Below, one piece after another: positions 38,312 through 51,992 of a DNA stretch of 64,000 nucleotides. Origin of the DNA: Lophium mytilinum (taxonomy: Eukaryota); assembly GCA_010093605.1 (NCBI GenBank), contig MU004202.1, positions 135,560-199,559 of the forward strand. The letters are read 5' to 3'. The notes beneath the pieces are model-generated. The model ran no database searches and was not told the origin of the DNA. It saw only the letters and a list, made by a program, of their open reading frames with translations. How positions within the stretch are numbered: position 1 is the first letter of the stretch; every line of letters begins with the position of its first letter. Position numbers and translations under genes: made by a program.

Positions 38312-40924
38312 TCAAGGAGTCGCTTTCTTCGCCTTCGGCGGCGCTGGGAATAGGGATAGAGTATATGTCTGCTGCTTCGGCTTATATGCCGTCGCCGCGC
38401 TGGCAGCTCTGGTCCGTGTCTTGGTGGACACGGTGGGTGCGCGCGACGCCGACGACAGCAGCTTCGCGGCGCCGTCCGATGCCGCGCGTTCGTGGTGGGC
38501 GGGAACGGGGGCAGTCGCGGGTGCAGAGACGGGCTCGAGCTTCTGGAAATCCTCGTCTTGCGTGGGAGTGTGATCATCGTCGTCAGCGAAGAAGGTGCGC
38601 TCGGTAGCGGTGAGGGGTCGGTCCCCGCCGTCGTCTTCTTCATCCTCATCGAGGTGCGCGAAGGTGTGAGATTGCTCGCTGAGCTGATCGACCATCAAGT
38701 CGAGGGTCTTGCGTCCGCGGCGGCTGTGCACAAGCTCGGGGAGGCTTCCGGAGGAGCTTGCGGATCGGCGCACGGGAGAACTGATGGAACCTTGGCCGGA
38801 CAGGAGACTGCTATCGTAAGAGCTTCGCTTGCTGAGACGGGTGCGGCTGCTGCGACTAGATCCAGAGACACTCTGAGCGGTGTCTAATATCGGGTAGTGA
38901 TGATCGAAGTGTTCGTATTCGGCCAACAAGTCCTCGTACATCTCCTCTCGCATGGACTGATACTTGAAATCTTGGGGAACAAGTAGTGAAGGGGTGAGGG
39001 AGAAGCCTTCAGGTTCCATATAGCTGTTGACACGTGCTTCATGGATGGGCGGCGTGCTGAAGATGTCCGAGGGCGTCAATGCACCAGTATCGACGGTAGA
39101 CGTGGACAATGCCGACCTGTGGTCGAGCTCTGGCAGACTGTTCGTACTCGGGACGAGTAACGATGGTCGGAACGCCTCAGGAAAGAAGCGCGTCTGCAGT
39201 ACCTCATCAACTTCTTCCTCAGTGATGGGACTTTGGGTTGGGCTTAGTGCAGCGTCGTTTGGCCGAGTTCGTGGTGATACAGGCCTATCCTTCTCCTCGT
39301 CGCACTCGACCGAGTTGCGGTCCCAATCGTACTCGCAATCAGCTTCAGCCGCATGCTCATAACAATAGTCGATGTCGTCTTCCCAAGACTCGTCAATATT
39401 CTTCCAGTAGACCGATTGCCTCTTAGATGCGGGCGATGGTCGAGCAGAACTCTTCCCAGACCGTAGCTGAATGGGGGAGCCCAGAGTATCCGACATCTGG
39501 GAACTCGGTCTCGCTTTTGGACTACGCTGAGAGAAAGACTTCGGAGTGCCATATGAGCTCGTCCGGCTAGTCGAGCGTGAAGTCGGCGACCATTGCGGGG
39601 ATTTGTACCCGTCAAATGGTGGACTCTTAAGTGGTGGTTGGGGTGCAGGGCGCGGGTTGAAAAATCTCTCCGGCTCCTCAGGAACGTTCTCTAAGTCTGA
39701 GGTGAAGCCTGGTGAAAGAGCTGGTATGGCGGTGTCATCTGGCGTGGTGACGGCTTGAGCAATAAAGGTTGCGTCGGCTGTGACAGTGGATAGGCTACCG
39801 GCAGTTGAAGGCCGACTAGGCGGCGGCGAACGGCCAAATGCTCCAGAGGCTTTCGAGTAGCGGCCGCGCAATGAGGCAGCATATTCAGTGTCTTCTGGCT
39901 GCTCTTGGAAGTCGTCAATGCGTTCTAGGGCCATACGCGAAGAGCTCCTTGGAGGAGGATTCACCGATTGCGAAAGTCGGTGGCGTGCTTTTGTGACAGG
40001 CTGCGAGAAACTCTCAACTGATCGACTGTGTCTCAAGCTTGGCCTCGAGCTTCTCACTGGAGATGGTATTCCCTGTGCAAAATGTTCTCGCGATCTTTGG
40101 GGGCTCAATGGCGGCGATCTAGCAAGCGATGAATGGGAACGTGTAGTCGGGCTTGTGGAGTCCAAAGCCTCGGACGAGAAATTCTGGAAGTGTAAATCGT
40201 CCGCCTTGATGCCATGTAGCTCGCGACGCGGTACTTGAGAAGCGCGCACAGCCCAATATTCGGCAACTAGCTCATTCTGTGGAACGCGTTCGAGAGCCGG
40301 AAACTGCTGGCGGTGCGTATGGGTTAGATGTTGGAAGTCGAAGGGACTTGAAATGTGCTCCTTGAGGTCCTGAACTGTGGCAATCGTTAGTACCGCGTAG
40401 GAGTAATTTCAAGCAACAGACGTACTTGGACTCTGTGAGCCATATCGGGACATGTTATGATCCTTCCGTAGGACCGAAGCCCTCTTATAAGAGTCCGCCT
40501 CTTCGATTCCATCTAACCCTGACAGCGTCGAGACCTGGCTGCTCTGGCGCCTTAGTTTCTTCCCTCGCGAGAACAGTGATCGCTTCTGCGCAGGTGCTTG
40601 GGGATTTGATTGGCTCCCGGACAGGTCCTGCGAAGATCGACGCGACAACATGTCGGAACCAGTCATCGAGGTGAGGGTCGCGGTGCGAGAGACAAATGAC
40701 GACGACGTGGAGGAGGAGGAAGTGTTGCTTCGAGACCGCAGCGTGAAAACGGAATTCCTTTTTCCAAACCCCCGTTCGCGTCGTTCAGGCGAGCCCATGT
40801 CGCGGTGCGTGGAAGGGTCGGATTGCGGAGAAGGCCAGGATTCTGCCGAGGGTGAGTCTGTCGCATGGGAGTCTATTGAGGATTGCCGGGACCGCGGTGC
40901 GTTGTTCTTATTGAATAAGAACAT
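38312..40924 (-). CDS. Ser-rich CRIB-domain protein (putative Cdc42/Rac effector)
   Basis: Exon 1 (40924-40426) and exon 2 joined across a 51-nt intron (40375-40425) give ISSPFDFQHLTH (CRIB); also contains SWEDDIDYCYEHAAEADCEYDW. Confidence 0.82.
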
Positions 40925-43900
40925 AGCGGGGATGCTGAAACAGCTCCTAGGAGATCACGGCCAGAGAATAGGCCTGATATAGGGTTGAGATGCGGACCGA
41001 GCACCGCACTGCGCAGTGTGTTGGTGGAAGCTGGTGATTCTCCGAAGCATGAATGGGGGCAGATCAAAACACGTCGAGGACGAGATGTGGTCGCGCACGC
41101 GTAGTGTTGACTTCCAAAATGAGAAAATGTGCGAGCAAGGTTGCGGAACTGATGGAGGAGTCAGTGGACCAATTGACCGTATATCTGGTAGTTCGGGCCA
41201 GAGTGGTGGAAGTGACAGTCTCGGGTTGAACAGAAGAGAGAACAGGAACTCGGGCCTGGGGCTGGGGAACCAACCGTGACGGCAGAAAGGATAGGAGTCT
41301 GGCAGCGGGCAATACGTGGTGAGCAATATATGCGTACCTCTGAATAGGATTGGCTGATCAGCGGCGCGGGAAATGAGCGGCCGGCGTGCTGAGAACAGCA
41401 GCTGCTCAACGGTCGAGAATACGATGCGTATAGTGCTGACCGGAGCACAGGAATACAATGAGCGTGAGTGGAGGTGGTGAGGAGGGGAGATGCTGGATGC
41501 TGTATGAGGAGGGACTGGAAGGGTTCTGGGAGCGGGCAGCAGTAGTGGCGCTGTCAGAATTAAGAATGGCAACGGTGTGGGCGTTCGGATAAGCGCAACG
41601 GTGCTGGCGGAGGATTTGCAGGAGAATTGATTATTGCTGGGCGATCAATCTGGCTTTAGGGTGGTGCAAGCTCTCGAGGTCGGCGTTCAGGTGGGATACT
41701 CTAGATTCTCGTGGCACGACATGCCGTGACACTGCCAGTATATGGGTGCAGGCAGGCTGGACGCGGGCTGGGGAGAGGTGCTGAGGGAGCCAGGGCAGTC
41801 AGGGCGCCGTAGGGATGGCATCCATGTTGGGATCCATGTTGGTGTAGCGGAGGCATGTGGAGAGCGGCCAGCGAGCCCTGAGGACGTGATGCCCATGCAG
41901 CCTCGCCGCGGGCCTGTCCTTGCTCGCGCTATGCACGCTATGCGCGCATGAATCTCACCGTCGCTGCGCCTGAGCAAGCCCGTCGTCCCGACACTGTGGT
42001 CACCCATAGTGCAGGCAGGCAGTCAATGGACGCCTGTGAGTGGCCCGAACGCTGGTGTTTTAGCCGTTTTGCTCGGGCGGGCCACTCAGAGCCCCCGTCG
42101 CAGCTATCAGCCGAGCAGATTGCTTGCAATTTGTCGCTTCTGCCGCTCGAGAGCACTCAACGGCCGGCGAGCGGTAGGGGCGCCCGCGATGGCCCTCGAT
42201 GGCCCTCGATAGCCTCCTCCTGCGCTCCTTGGCTCGTCATGGCGAAACCGTGAGTGGTATCAACTGTGCCCCACGCGAGGCCACCTGGGCGCGGTGGGCA
42301 GGGCGACGGCGCGGTGGAGGAGCTGGACAGGCGATCTGGGTGTTCGCGCGGTATCCTCACGGGTCATACGGGTTGAGCCGTGGTGTCGTCGAATGGTGGT
42401 GCCGAAGCCGTCGGCGCCGTTAGCTCAGCTGCACCAAACGCCCAGGAGGCCGGCCAGGCTCCGAGAGCGGCCTAGCATATGGCGCGGATGGCGCTGGGCT
42501 GCTTCGGGCTGGTCGAGTGGAGGGAGAGAGTCCATCGCTGCCGGCTTGGGAGGCCGTTTCCGAGGCCGCTTCTTCTGGTCCCCATGCGATCCATGGTCCC
42601 CAACGATGCGGCCTGTACGCAAAGCACAAAGGGAGCGGGACGTGAGAGGAAAAGGATGAACAGAGGACGTCGTCGTCGATCAGCATTCGTCGGCAGTCTG
42701 TATCCAGCGCCGAAGCAGCACGCAGCGCCCAGCACGGCTAGCCCACCGTTTCAAGACCGGCGGGCTCCTGAGAGAGGCATGGACTGCGTGAAACATCCGG
42801 CAACATGTTGCTCCTTCGTCGTCTCCAGGGCCATACCCCGCAACCCCCGAGCGCGCTACTCGTGAATGTCTTCGCGCCAGCATGGGACTGCCACCAAAGC
42901 CCGTGCGATTCTCAGTCACCTCTCCCATCTCAGGCCACGCCCTCACGATGCAGACGTCGGCCCTGTGTTCGGCGGCGGTCCTGTGTTTGCGTCCGACTGC
43001 TTCTGTCTCATGCTCGACTCCGTCGTCTGCCTCTCAGCAGCGTACCTGACGATCTTGGGTGCACGGGGGCTCTGGCGGGCTCTGGCCGTCAGTCAGCGCC
43101 ATTGTCTGCATGGCGTGCTCTCCGGCTGGGTTATCGTGGCCTGCCGGTTCGGGCTGCGATAGGCCGCCGTGAAGCATGATAGAGGACGGTGTTGGTGATA
43201 GCCATCCCTCGCGGGCGCACAGCGGGATACACAGTTGACCCCCGTGCAACCAGACGACGCCCACGCCAGCGGTCCACGGCAGGATTGCGTTCCATGCACT
43301 CCCAAGCCGGCGATTCTCAGTCTCTCAGCGTCGGCTGGCCACGCGAGGTCGCTGGTGTCGCACGCTTGAGGGTGCTGAGAGAACCCAGGGCCGACGGGCG
43401 GTGCCGCCAGAGCAGTTGTGCAACTCACGGCCACACGACGATCCCGAGCAGCAGGCGTGCGGACTGCGGGCTGGTGTGTCTTCGTGAGTGGGAGTGTCCA
43501 GGTGGAGATTCCAGGCGTGGGCCGAGTGGCTCGTGGGGGACTGAGTACTGTACAGTACTATCACTAGCAGTGTTTCGAGGACCGAGGCCGCCGACAGAGT
43601 GAGGCGTGTTGGTGGCCGTAGTCGGTGGTGCTTGACGAGGAGAGGAAAGGCGTAGAATAATGATGAGGCGTGATGCACGATTGGTCTATATTATGCAATA
43701 GCAGCGCGGGACTGCCTGGAGGCGGATCGTGAAGCTCGTCCGGAGAGTCGTCCCGACCTCGCCTTCCACAATTAGGTATTGGGGCACTTCAGACATCTGC
43801 AAGAGGGCGCATGGTGGGCGTATATACTGCTCACATATCAGCCTGCTTCTCGATCCAGTTCAACAGACTCCTCACATCGTGCGATTTGCATTATCCTCAA

Positions 43901-46694
43901 TTGGAGCACCTCCAACCGATTCGGCGACTCTCAAAATGTACAGCGGTGGGTCTGCTTGTGCGTGCTAAGCGTGCTCACTCTCTCCAGACTCCACTGCGAA
44001 GGATTCGAATTGCAGTGCTATGCCAGCGGGCCTAGTGCGGCAAGCTCGTCACATCACGGTGCGTGCTTTGGTGTTTCAGCAATTATCACCAATCCGCGGA
44101 GCCTCTGGCCCATAAATCAGACCCATTTCTGCCCCGTCCACCACTCATCGTCGGCGTCGAATCCTTTTTCTGCCGCATCCCCGTCACAACGCCCTCTCTT
44201 CACGCGACTCGCGGCCAGATTCCCTGGCGATGCGTTGAGTCTCCACCACGAATTCCTCGGCGATGCATCGTGAGAATCTCGCACACGCCAGCCGCGCCCC
44301 AGATCGGCAGCCCTTAGGCACTCCGGACGCAGGCGCCTCGCAGCTGTGACGGCGCTGTCAACGACGGCGACGACTGCTTGGCTGCTGTCATCGCACAAAG
44401 CAATAGAGCGCGGGCGTGTGGTTTTCGTGGGCTCGACTGCTGGCATATCGCCACATGCAGGTACGCAACCCAGACATCCCGATGCCGCCGCCTCAGCCTT
44501 TCCCCTGGTGCCTGCGTCAAGTCTGGAGCTGTCCGAGAGATGACCGCGGCGTGCAGCCGTGACCTGCTAGTATTGTAGCACAACCACCGGCCGTCTATTT
44601 TTGTTCAGCCTTCACTGTGGCTGCTGCGCGAAAAGGAGCGGCGTGTTCGAGATCCAGCCTTAGTGAGAAATTGCTACGAGCTGGCCAGCCTCGCAGTGCC
44701 AGAGCTACGGATCATTCCAGCCTCCACATTCGATATTGTAACCCGATGTAATTTTTCTTCCAGCACCCGGTCGCCAAGGGAAGCATTGGCTGGCTGATCA
44801 GTGCATCTCTACCGCCAGGCTACTCTGCCCTACAGACCGCCTCTCGAACTCAGCCGCAATTGCCCCATTTCTAGCATCAAGGGCGGACTACCGCTACCGT
44901 GGAGACTCTTCCTCTGCGATCTTCACCTCCCAACAAGGTCATCCTGTCTTTGAAAACCCATGTCGGCCCCTGGGCGATCGGAGAGCATTCACGCTCCCTC
45001 CCTTCAATAGCTTCCCGACATGTGCCCGAGGAGGAACTTCGTTCCCTCGACCCGAGTAAGCAAACCTTGCTCCGGGGACGCCTGTTGAATTGTGGCCCTC
45101 CCGTCGAGCTCCATCGAGCTTCTCTCCTTCCGTCCACTGTTTCACCATTTCATCACAAGCAAGAAAATGCTGTTGTCAAGTCAAGCGTCGTCGACACGTT
45201 ATTTTTCACAGGTTAGGATCCGGCATGTCCCCCGCGGCTCCACAACGAACCGTGGTTCACCACATGCGCGACTAGCTATTGTCAGACGCCGCTGACCTCG
45301 ACGCGTCTGCCAGCATCCACGCACGTCTTGAAGCATGTCCAGGGGCAAAGTCCCGGTTCGCACCCTCGTCCATTGACCGCTCCGCGTTTTCTTCCCTGTC
45401 TTCTTTCACGTCTATTGCTACACCTCCTAGCTTACTCTGGCCTCCGGCCAGGGCAACACTTGCCGTATCTAACTCCGGGAGCACCATCTCCTCCCCACAT
45501 CCGAATCGAACGTGGTAGGGAAACATTGGCATGACTTGCAGCGCGCGTCATACAAATGGAAGGGGATGCACCGGGTACGCTCGCAAAGAGGAAAGCTGGA
45601 TCGGGTGCTGCTACATCTCTGGTCTCGATAATTCTACCGTTCCTCCGACGATCGATTGATTCGGAATGTTTACGAGGTTCGTCATGAGCAACGTTGCGGT
45701 GCTCCGGGTGATCGCTGGGAGATCAGCCGAACCTTGAGCGCAGCTCCGACCAGCGCTGGCCAACCCTACATCCTCACTGCTCACCACATCTTCTCCTTCA
45801 CCGCTCTGTGGTCTATGCCGCGCACTTGATGATGGCTGCAAAAGTCTGATGATGGATGCAAGAACCTGATGGATGCCTGACGCTTTTCCCAGAATCGAAT
45901 TTTTCTAGCTGTTTGCGACCTTGCCTGCATCGATCGTCGCTACAGTAGGAAATTCCTGACGGTAACTCAGCCGTTTCCAATTTTTCGACCACCAGACCAC
46001 ATGGCATTTCTGCACGCCTGGTTACAGTCCAATGATCTACAAGCTTCCAATGGCGAAATGCGGGGGAATTCGTATTCCTCGCAGTAGTCTGGGGTAAATC
46101 CACAAGCATACAATATCACGACACATGACTTTTCCCGATTTGGCGGACGCCTGGTGGACCCTTCTTCTTACGTCTTCTGATGCCCAAGGGAGGATTTTTC
46201 TCATTCTCAATGCTTGCTTCTCGCACCAAAGGGTCTCGATGTTCCTTCGCGCAAGTCTTCGTATACCGCCCCGGCGCCGATTCGCCAATAAACCTTTTTA
46301 TGCAAAGCCCATCACAATTTCCTTACATTTCTGCAGAATCCTGCTGGACTACCTCCTCACACCCAAAATCCTTCCCCCATCCAATCATATCGCTATCCAC
46401 ACACATCTTTTCCATGCTCTGCTCAACCCGACCCTATCAATCCTTTAACTCCCATCCCTCGCCCGACTTGGGCCCCCAACCACACCTCCAGAACCCCCTC
46501 CCAACCCTACCTGCGAACAAGATCGTTCAAGCATTCAACCCCCTATCGACCACGCCGCACCCCTACCTACCTCCCATCCTTCCACGCTACCTTTGCCACC
46601 CTCGCGCTATCCCTTCAGATCGCCACCTCACCCCTTCCTCCTGCACATCATCCTCCACATCCTCTATGCAGCTAATCCCCCTCCCTGCCCTGTC

Positions 46695-46866
46695 CTTTCC
46701 AAGCTCTCTACATGCCCTTCCTAAGCTCTTTGCCATGCCTGCCCTAAGCTCCCCGTCTTGCCTGCCCTAAGCTCTCCGTCTTGCCTGCCCTAAGCTCTCT
46801 GTCCCGGGCCCCCAAGCTCTCTCCCCAGCCCCCCTAAGCTCTTTACCCTACCCTCCCCAAGCTCCT
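46695..46866. repeat. Minisatellite, 8 units of 22-23 bp with core CC(T)AAGCTC
   Basis: AAGCT(C) cores at 46701, 46723, 46746, 46769, 46792, 46814, 46836 and 46859; the central units TGCCTGCCCTAAGCTC are near-identical. Confidence 0.85.
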
Positions 46867-47962
46867 ACCCTCCCTCGGGGGAGGGGCGGGGGGGAAGGGG
46901 GAGCTCCCTATACTTTCACCCGCGGCTTAACCACCCGTCTCCCCATGTAGCCACACAGCCGCCAACCGCGCGCCGCACCCGCTGAGCCGCTCACCAAACG
47001 CACCGGCTTTCAACATTTCTTGGATTCTAGAACCGCCCCTCCCTCGCCGGTCTATTTCCACCTCCTCCCAGCACGCCCGGAACCCGTGCCCAGCGATGGT
47101 TCGGGGATTCTCCGCTTCAGGAGCGCGGTGGCGGGGGCCGTCACGGAGTTCTATTCTGTTCAGGTCTTCGAGTTCTGGTAGGTTCGATGTTGGGAAAAGG
47201 AGGGTAGGGTAGGTAGTATGTGAAGCGGTTCTTGAGGGGACTTTTGCATGTGAGGAATGGGGGAGCTTGGATGGTGAGTCGGGTCAGTCGCAATTGTTCC
47301 TGTTCGCGCATTAATCCGTCCTCACCGTGTTGCTGCCTTTTCCTGCGTTAGCTGGCGTACTACACATACGGCATACTCAGCCTCACTGAGACCAAAGCCT
47401 CGCAACCCTAAAAGCCTACGAGGCTCACATATCTCACTTTCAAACCCACTCAACTTAGCTTTCAAGATATAGTCATGTAGTTTTCGTCTGTCTGCATATT
47501 AAACATCCCCCATCATCTCCCCATATCCATGCATCAGCTATCAACTAGCTAGCTACCTCTCCACACCGCCGACAATGCTTTCTCTCGTGCAGCTCGAAAG
47601 TGGGGTATTTGCAGCGCCTAAAAGCAGCTATGCCACCGGTCCCAGCCTCCGACGCCTCGAGCCAGAAAGCAAGCCTCCGACCGAGATGCTATAGAGAAAA
47701 AGAAAAAGGAAATGGAAATGGAAATCCGCCGTATGTATGTGTGCCTCGTAAAATCATAAACGAATGTGTGTTGCATATGGTATGCATGTATCGCCGTAAA
47801 CATTGTCCGCCTCATTCACCCGGTCCTCCGCTCTACCGAACTCAGGCGGGTTGTAGGAGAAATTGGTGTAAGCTGCCGTATAATCTGTAGAGGACTTTTC
47901 GTTGATAAGATCCGTTCGCGTTGCGACGGTTGGAAGGAACGCTCAAGTGTTTCGGAGCGCAA

Positions 47963-50900
47963 TCAGGTGCCGCGGAATAGAAACTGCAGATCCTCAGGAC
48001 TGAGTTTATCCATAGCGACCTTGTCGTTGTTGATAGTGCCGCTGATCATGGCTGCCTTCTTTTCCTGCAAGAGCACCATGCGGCTCTCGACACTGTCTTC
48101 GATGCAGAGGCGGGTGATGACGCAGGGACGCTTTTGGCCGATGCGGTGGCAGCGGTCGGCGGATTGCCATTCGGCGGCTGGGTTCCACCATCTATGATAA
48201 GTTAGCAGGCTGGTCTTAGGACTGTGTTAGTTGGTGGGGAAGCACTTACGGATCAACGATGAACACCCTCGACGCTTCAGTCAGATTCAGCGCCACACCG
48301 CCAGCCTTCAGCGAGACAAGGAAGACCTCGACTTCGGCGTTGTTCATGAAGTATTCGATGCTCTTCTGACGCTGGGCGGGAGTCATGCTGCCGTCGAGCA
48401 TGACCGTGTTGAAGCCCGCACGTCGAAGACGCCACTCGATCAGCTGCAGCATGGACGTGAACTGGCTGAAAACGATGGACTTCAGGGTTTGTTTCTTGCT
48501 GCGCAGCTTGTACAAGTCGTAAACAAGCATCTCAATCTTGGTTGACGAGGTCCAATTCTCCATCTTGATACGATTGATGATAGAGGTCTTCTTCACCGCC
48601 TCTTCGTCCTGCTCGATATCGGGCTGATCAAAGTCGATGGTCAGAGGAATGTGGCAGCGCGGGCAATCAGCAACACCGCCTTCGCCTTCACAAGACTGGA
48701 CATAACTCTTGACGCAAGAGCGGCAGAATTCGTGGTTGCAGCGAGACTTGATAGCTTCCTCAGCGGGCTCGTCGCAGATGTTGCAGATGAGGACATTCTG
48801 ACCGCCAATAGCATGCTTCTTGAGGAGCAAGTCCGGGTGGTTGGCGACTTGGCGCATCTGCATGATGAGACCAAAGATGTTGGCGTAGTTGTTGAGCATG
48901 ACACCCTGAGAAACGTAGGTATCAAACTTGCGAGAGGAGTTCGTCATGATGGACGAGGAAAAGTCGCGCTCAATGTCGCAGAAGAACTCGTTGTGGATCA
49001 CAACCTCCTTTGGTGGAAGCTCCATGGAAGAGGTATTATCACTCTTCATACGACGCAGCATAATTCGAGAAGTGATGAGGTGAAGCTTGTCCATAGCCTC
49101 GTCGCGAAGATCTGCATCGTCCCCGGTGATGGGGTTGAGCAATTCCTGATTGAACACCGAGACGTGCTCAGAGCCGCCGTGATTACAAACAACACACAGA
49201 TGATCATCATCAAGGCTCCAGTGAAGTGCCTCGCAGTCGCAGGATCGACAGAAGTAGTCCGCGAAAGGTCGGACCTCGAGGAAGCGAAGCAGCGAGAAGA
49301 ACTCTCCGATACGGTTCTGAACAGGAGTTCCAGAAAGGCACCACTTGTATGTAGCCTTGAGGGCGAAGCAAGCTTTGGCCACACCAGTGGTTCGCTGCTT
49401 GATGCTGTGAGCCTCGTCTAGGATGAGGCGATGATATTTGATGGCATGGAGGGGGGAAGATTCCTTGATGATGTCCTCGCCACGGGTCCAACCTTTCGTT
49501 TCCTTGCGGTAAAGGGACTCTAAGCTGTTGTAGGATACCATGATGACATCGTATTTCATCAGCTGTTTCGCGGTCAACTTCTTCGATGCGGCGTTAGTGC
49601 CATGATAGACCAATACATTGAGCTTCCCATCGGTGTAGGCGCTGATTTCGTTCGACCACTGCATAAGAGCAACTGGGGGGACGACGACTAGAGTCGGTGA
49701 CTTGGCAGGGTAGTCGGACATGATGAGCGAGACAGCTTGGATGGTCTTGCCCATACCCATTTCATCACCGAGGAGACCTCCTTTGTAGTGGGTCTTCTCC
49801 TGTCGAATCATCCAGCTTAGACCTTCGAGCTGGAATGACTTCAGGGTTCGATTGATGTCGGCTGGTTGTTCGGCTTGCATAGTCTCCAGCACGGGAATTG
49901 CTTCCAAGTCTTTCCACATGGTCGTGAGCTTCGGATGTGCTTCTTCGAGCCTTTCGCGATTCATAGCGCGCTTTCGCTCCCAGCGATCTTCGATGTGAGC
50001 AAATCGTGACATTCGTTGCGCAGTCGCGGCCTTGTCCTTCTTGTCCTTCTTCACTCTCTTGTGCCTGGGCATCCACTTGGTCCTGCCCCCCTTGTACTGG
50101 AGAAGCGCAGCCTCTAGACCTTTCGGATCAACTTCGTTCTTCGAAACAGCAGCCTCGGGAGCTTCTCCATCACTCTCGGGCTCTGTGCTGAGAAGCGACT
50201 CGTCCTCAAGGTTAAATTCATCGTCTGAATCAGCAATGGACTCAAGGTCGCTTGGCAAAGCGAGGGACTTGCGGGCGCTGGAGCTAGCAAGACGCGATGG
50301 ACGGGATGGTCGCACAGGTGCCTTTGCCTTGCCTTTGCCCTTTGATGATAGCCCACTTCCACTAGCTTTGGGTGGATCGAGGAAGTCTAGGTCCATATCC
50401 GAGAGATCGTCGTCGTCGGAGACCTCGGACTTCCGGGTAGATACATACGCATTGTAGCCTGATTTGATGCGCTTGGAGCTGGATGCGGTCGCATTGGCGG
50501 CATTGTATTCCTCTTCTTGCAGTGCCCTAGCGAGCTGGGCATCTGCAGACATGTCCACAGAATCCGCTTCGTCATCGTCTGTGTCCATGATGGCAAGGCG
50601 GGAGCGCTTGCGTTTTCCAGCAGCGTCAGGTACCGGACGAGTCTGTCGGGCCTTGCCGCGGACTGACGTTGCAGGTGTCGTAGAAAGGCTGGTTGCGGGT
50701 GTTTCGTTGTCGGACTCTTCGAAAGAAGCAGAGTCGACGGGAGATGTAGAGGACGTCTCATCCAAGTTATTCCAATCATTGACAAGCGCCGTCTTGCGGT
50801 TGCCTCTCGCTCTAGACGCAGGAGATCCTTTGAGGATTGCCATTTTCTTAGCGGGTATAGAGACCTCCTTCAGTAGACGCCGGACAAGTGGTTTGCTGGG

Positions 50901-51154
50901 CAGGACTTCAATGACCGAGTCGTCGTCGTTGTCGATGTCGGAGCTGTTTGGTATGGAGGAGCGGGTAGCTTTGCTGCGGCTGGCGCGGGTCGAAGGCGTA
51001 CCAGTCGCCTTGCTGGTGGACTTTGGAGTGGTGGCTATTCGGCTCGTAATACGTCAGCATGCGAAAGGTGAAAAAGAGCGATCGGCTTGCTCTCGCGCAA
51101 AAGAGAAGTCTCGCCAGCTCATTGAGGATGGGACATACCTGCGAGTTTGGCCAT
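47963..51154 (-). CDS. RAD16: Rad16 SNF2-family ATPase with RING finger (global-genome NER)
   Basis: [106 protein letters not shown]. Introns at 51035-51138 and 48192-48249. Confidence 0.95.
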
Positions 51155-51992
51155 GCGGACGGGACGATCGCGTTCTCGCATGAAGGTAGGTTGGTGTTTG
51201 CTAGCGGACGGCGAATTGCTGTGGGGAGGTTGTGAGACGAGGTTTGTGGGTGCAGGTGGAAAGTGGTGGCAAGCGATGGAAGGGAGGACGAAGGTGAAGT
51301 GAGGGTGAAAGGTTCAAGGTGAAGTGGCTTGCCTCGATGATGGGTTCTTCGCTGCGGGCACGGCGGGCGAGATAAAGCCTCCCCCCCTGACAGATTCGCG
51401 CCGCGTCAATGAGAGAGCACGCTACCGCCGAGGGACGGGATTGTTCCTCGCGTCTGCACTGGCGAGTGGCAAATAATGTCCAGAGGACCACTCAAACGAA
51501 GCGGAAGAAGGCCTCTAAACAAATGCAATGGCGAGGGTAAAACGCACAAAGGACTGAGCGGCGGGCTTGTTGAAAATTTGCTGAAAGATTTCACTTTACG
51601 GCGGGGGGAGAGCGCCAAGCAGACAAGTCTTGGCAGTACGTGTTCACGTGACACTTAAAGGTGAGTATATGCAGCCTTGCGCGGATCTCCTCATATGAAA
51701 GTGGAGATCATACTCAAGCATATTAGGTTATCTTAGAATAGTCAAGCCAGCTTTATTAAAACGTCACACGGCAAGTTGTTCGGTATTCATGTGGAAGCTT
51801 GATCTTTTGTGTAATGCATTGTTCATGTCTTCGAATGCTCTATGAATGCGTCTCTATCTCAAATAAGAGCGCCATGCTCGCAGACTGCTGTTCAAGAGGG
51901 CATGAACTATAACTGAATTGCTCAGAGAATATGGGTATCGTCAGGAACAACTTTACCTGAGCGCCTAAAATGACTGCTCTTAGAGAACAAGA

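Noticed and set aside
46720..46860. Interstitial telomere or telomerase template (CCCTAA)
   Set aside because: CCCTAA occurs only singly within longer units, never as tandem hexamers.
47364..47480. 5S rRNA-like start ACATACG.CATAC
   Set aside because: Similarity ends after ~13 nt; no internal A/C boxes or 5S fold.
48651..49421. 256-aa + strand ORF (also 52008-52787 and 50464-51183)
   Set aside because: Antisense to RAD16 or the kinase-like gene; explained by codon bias and lacking motifs.
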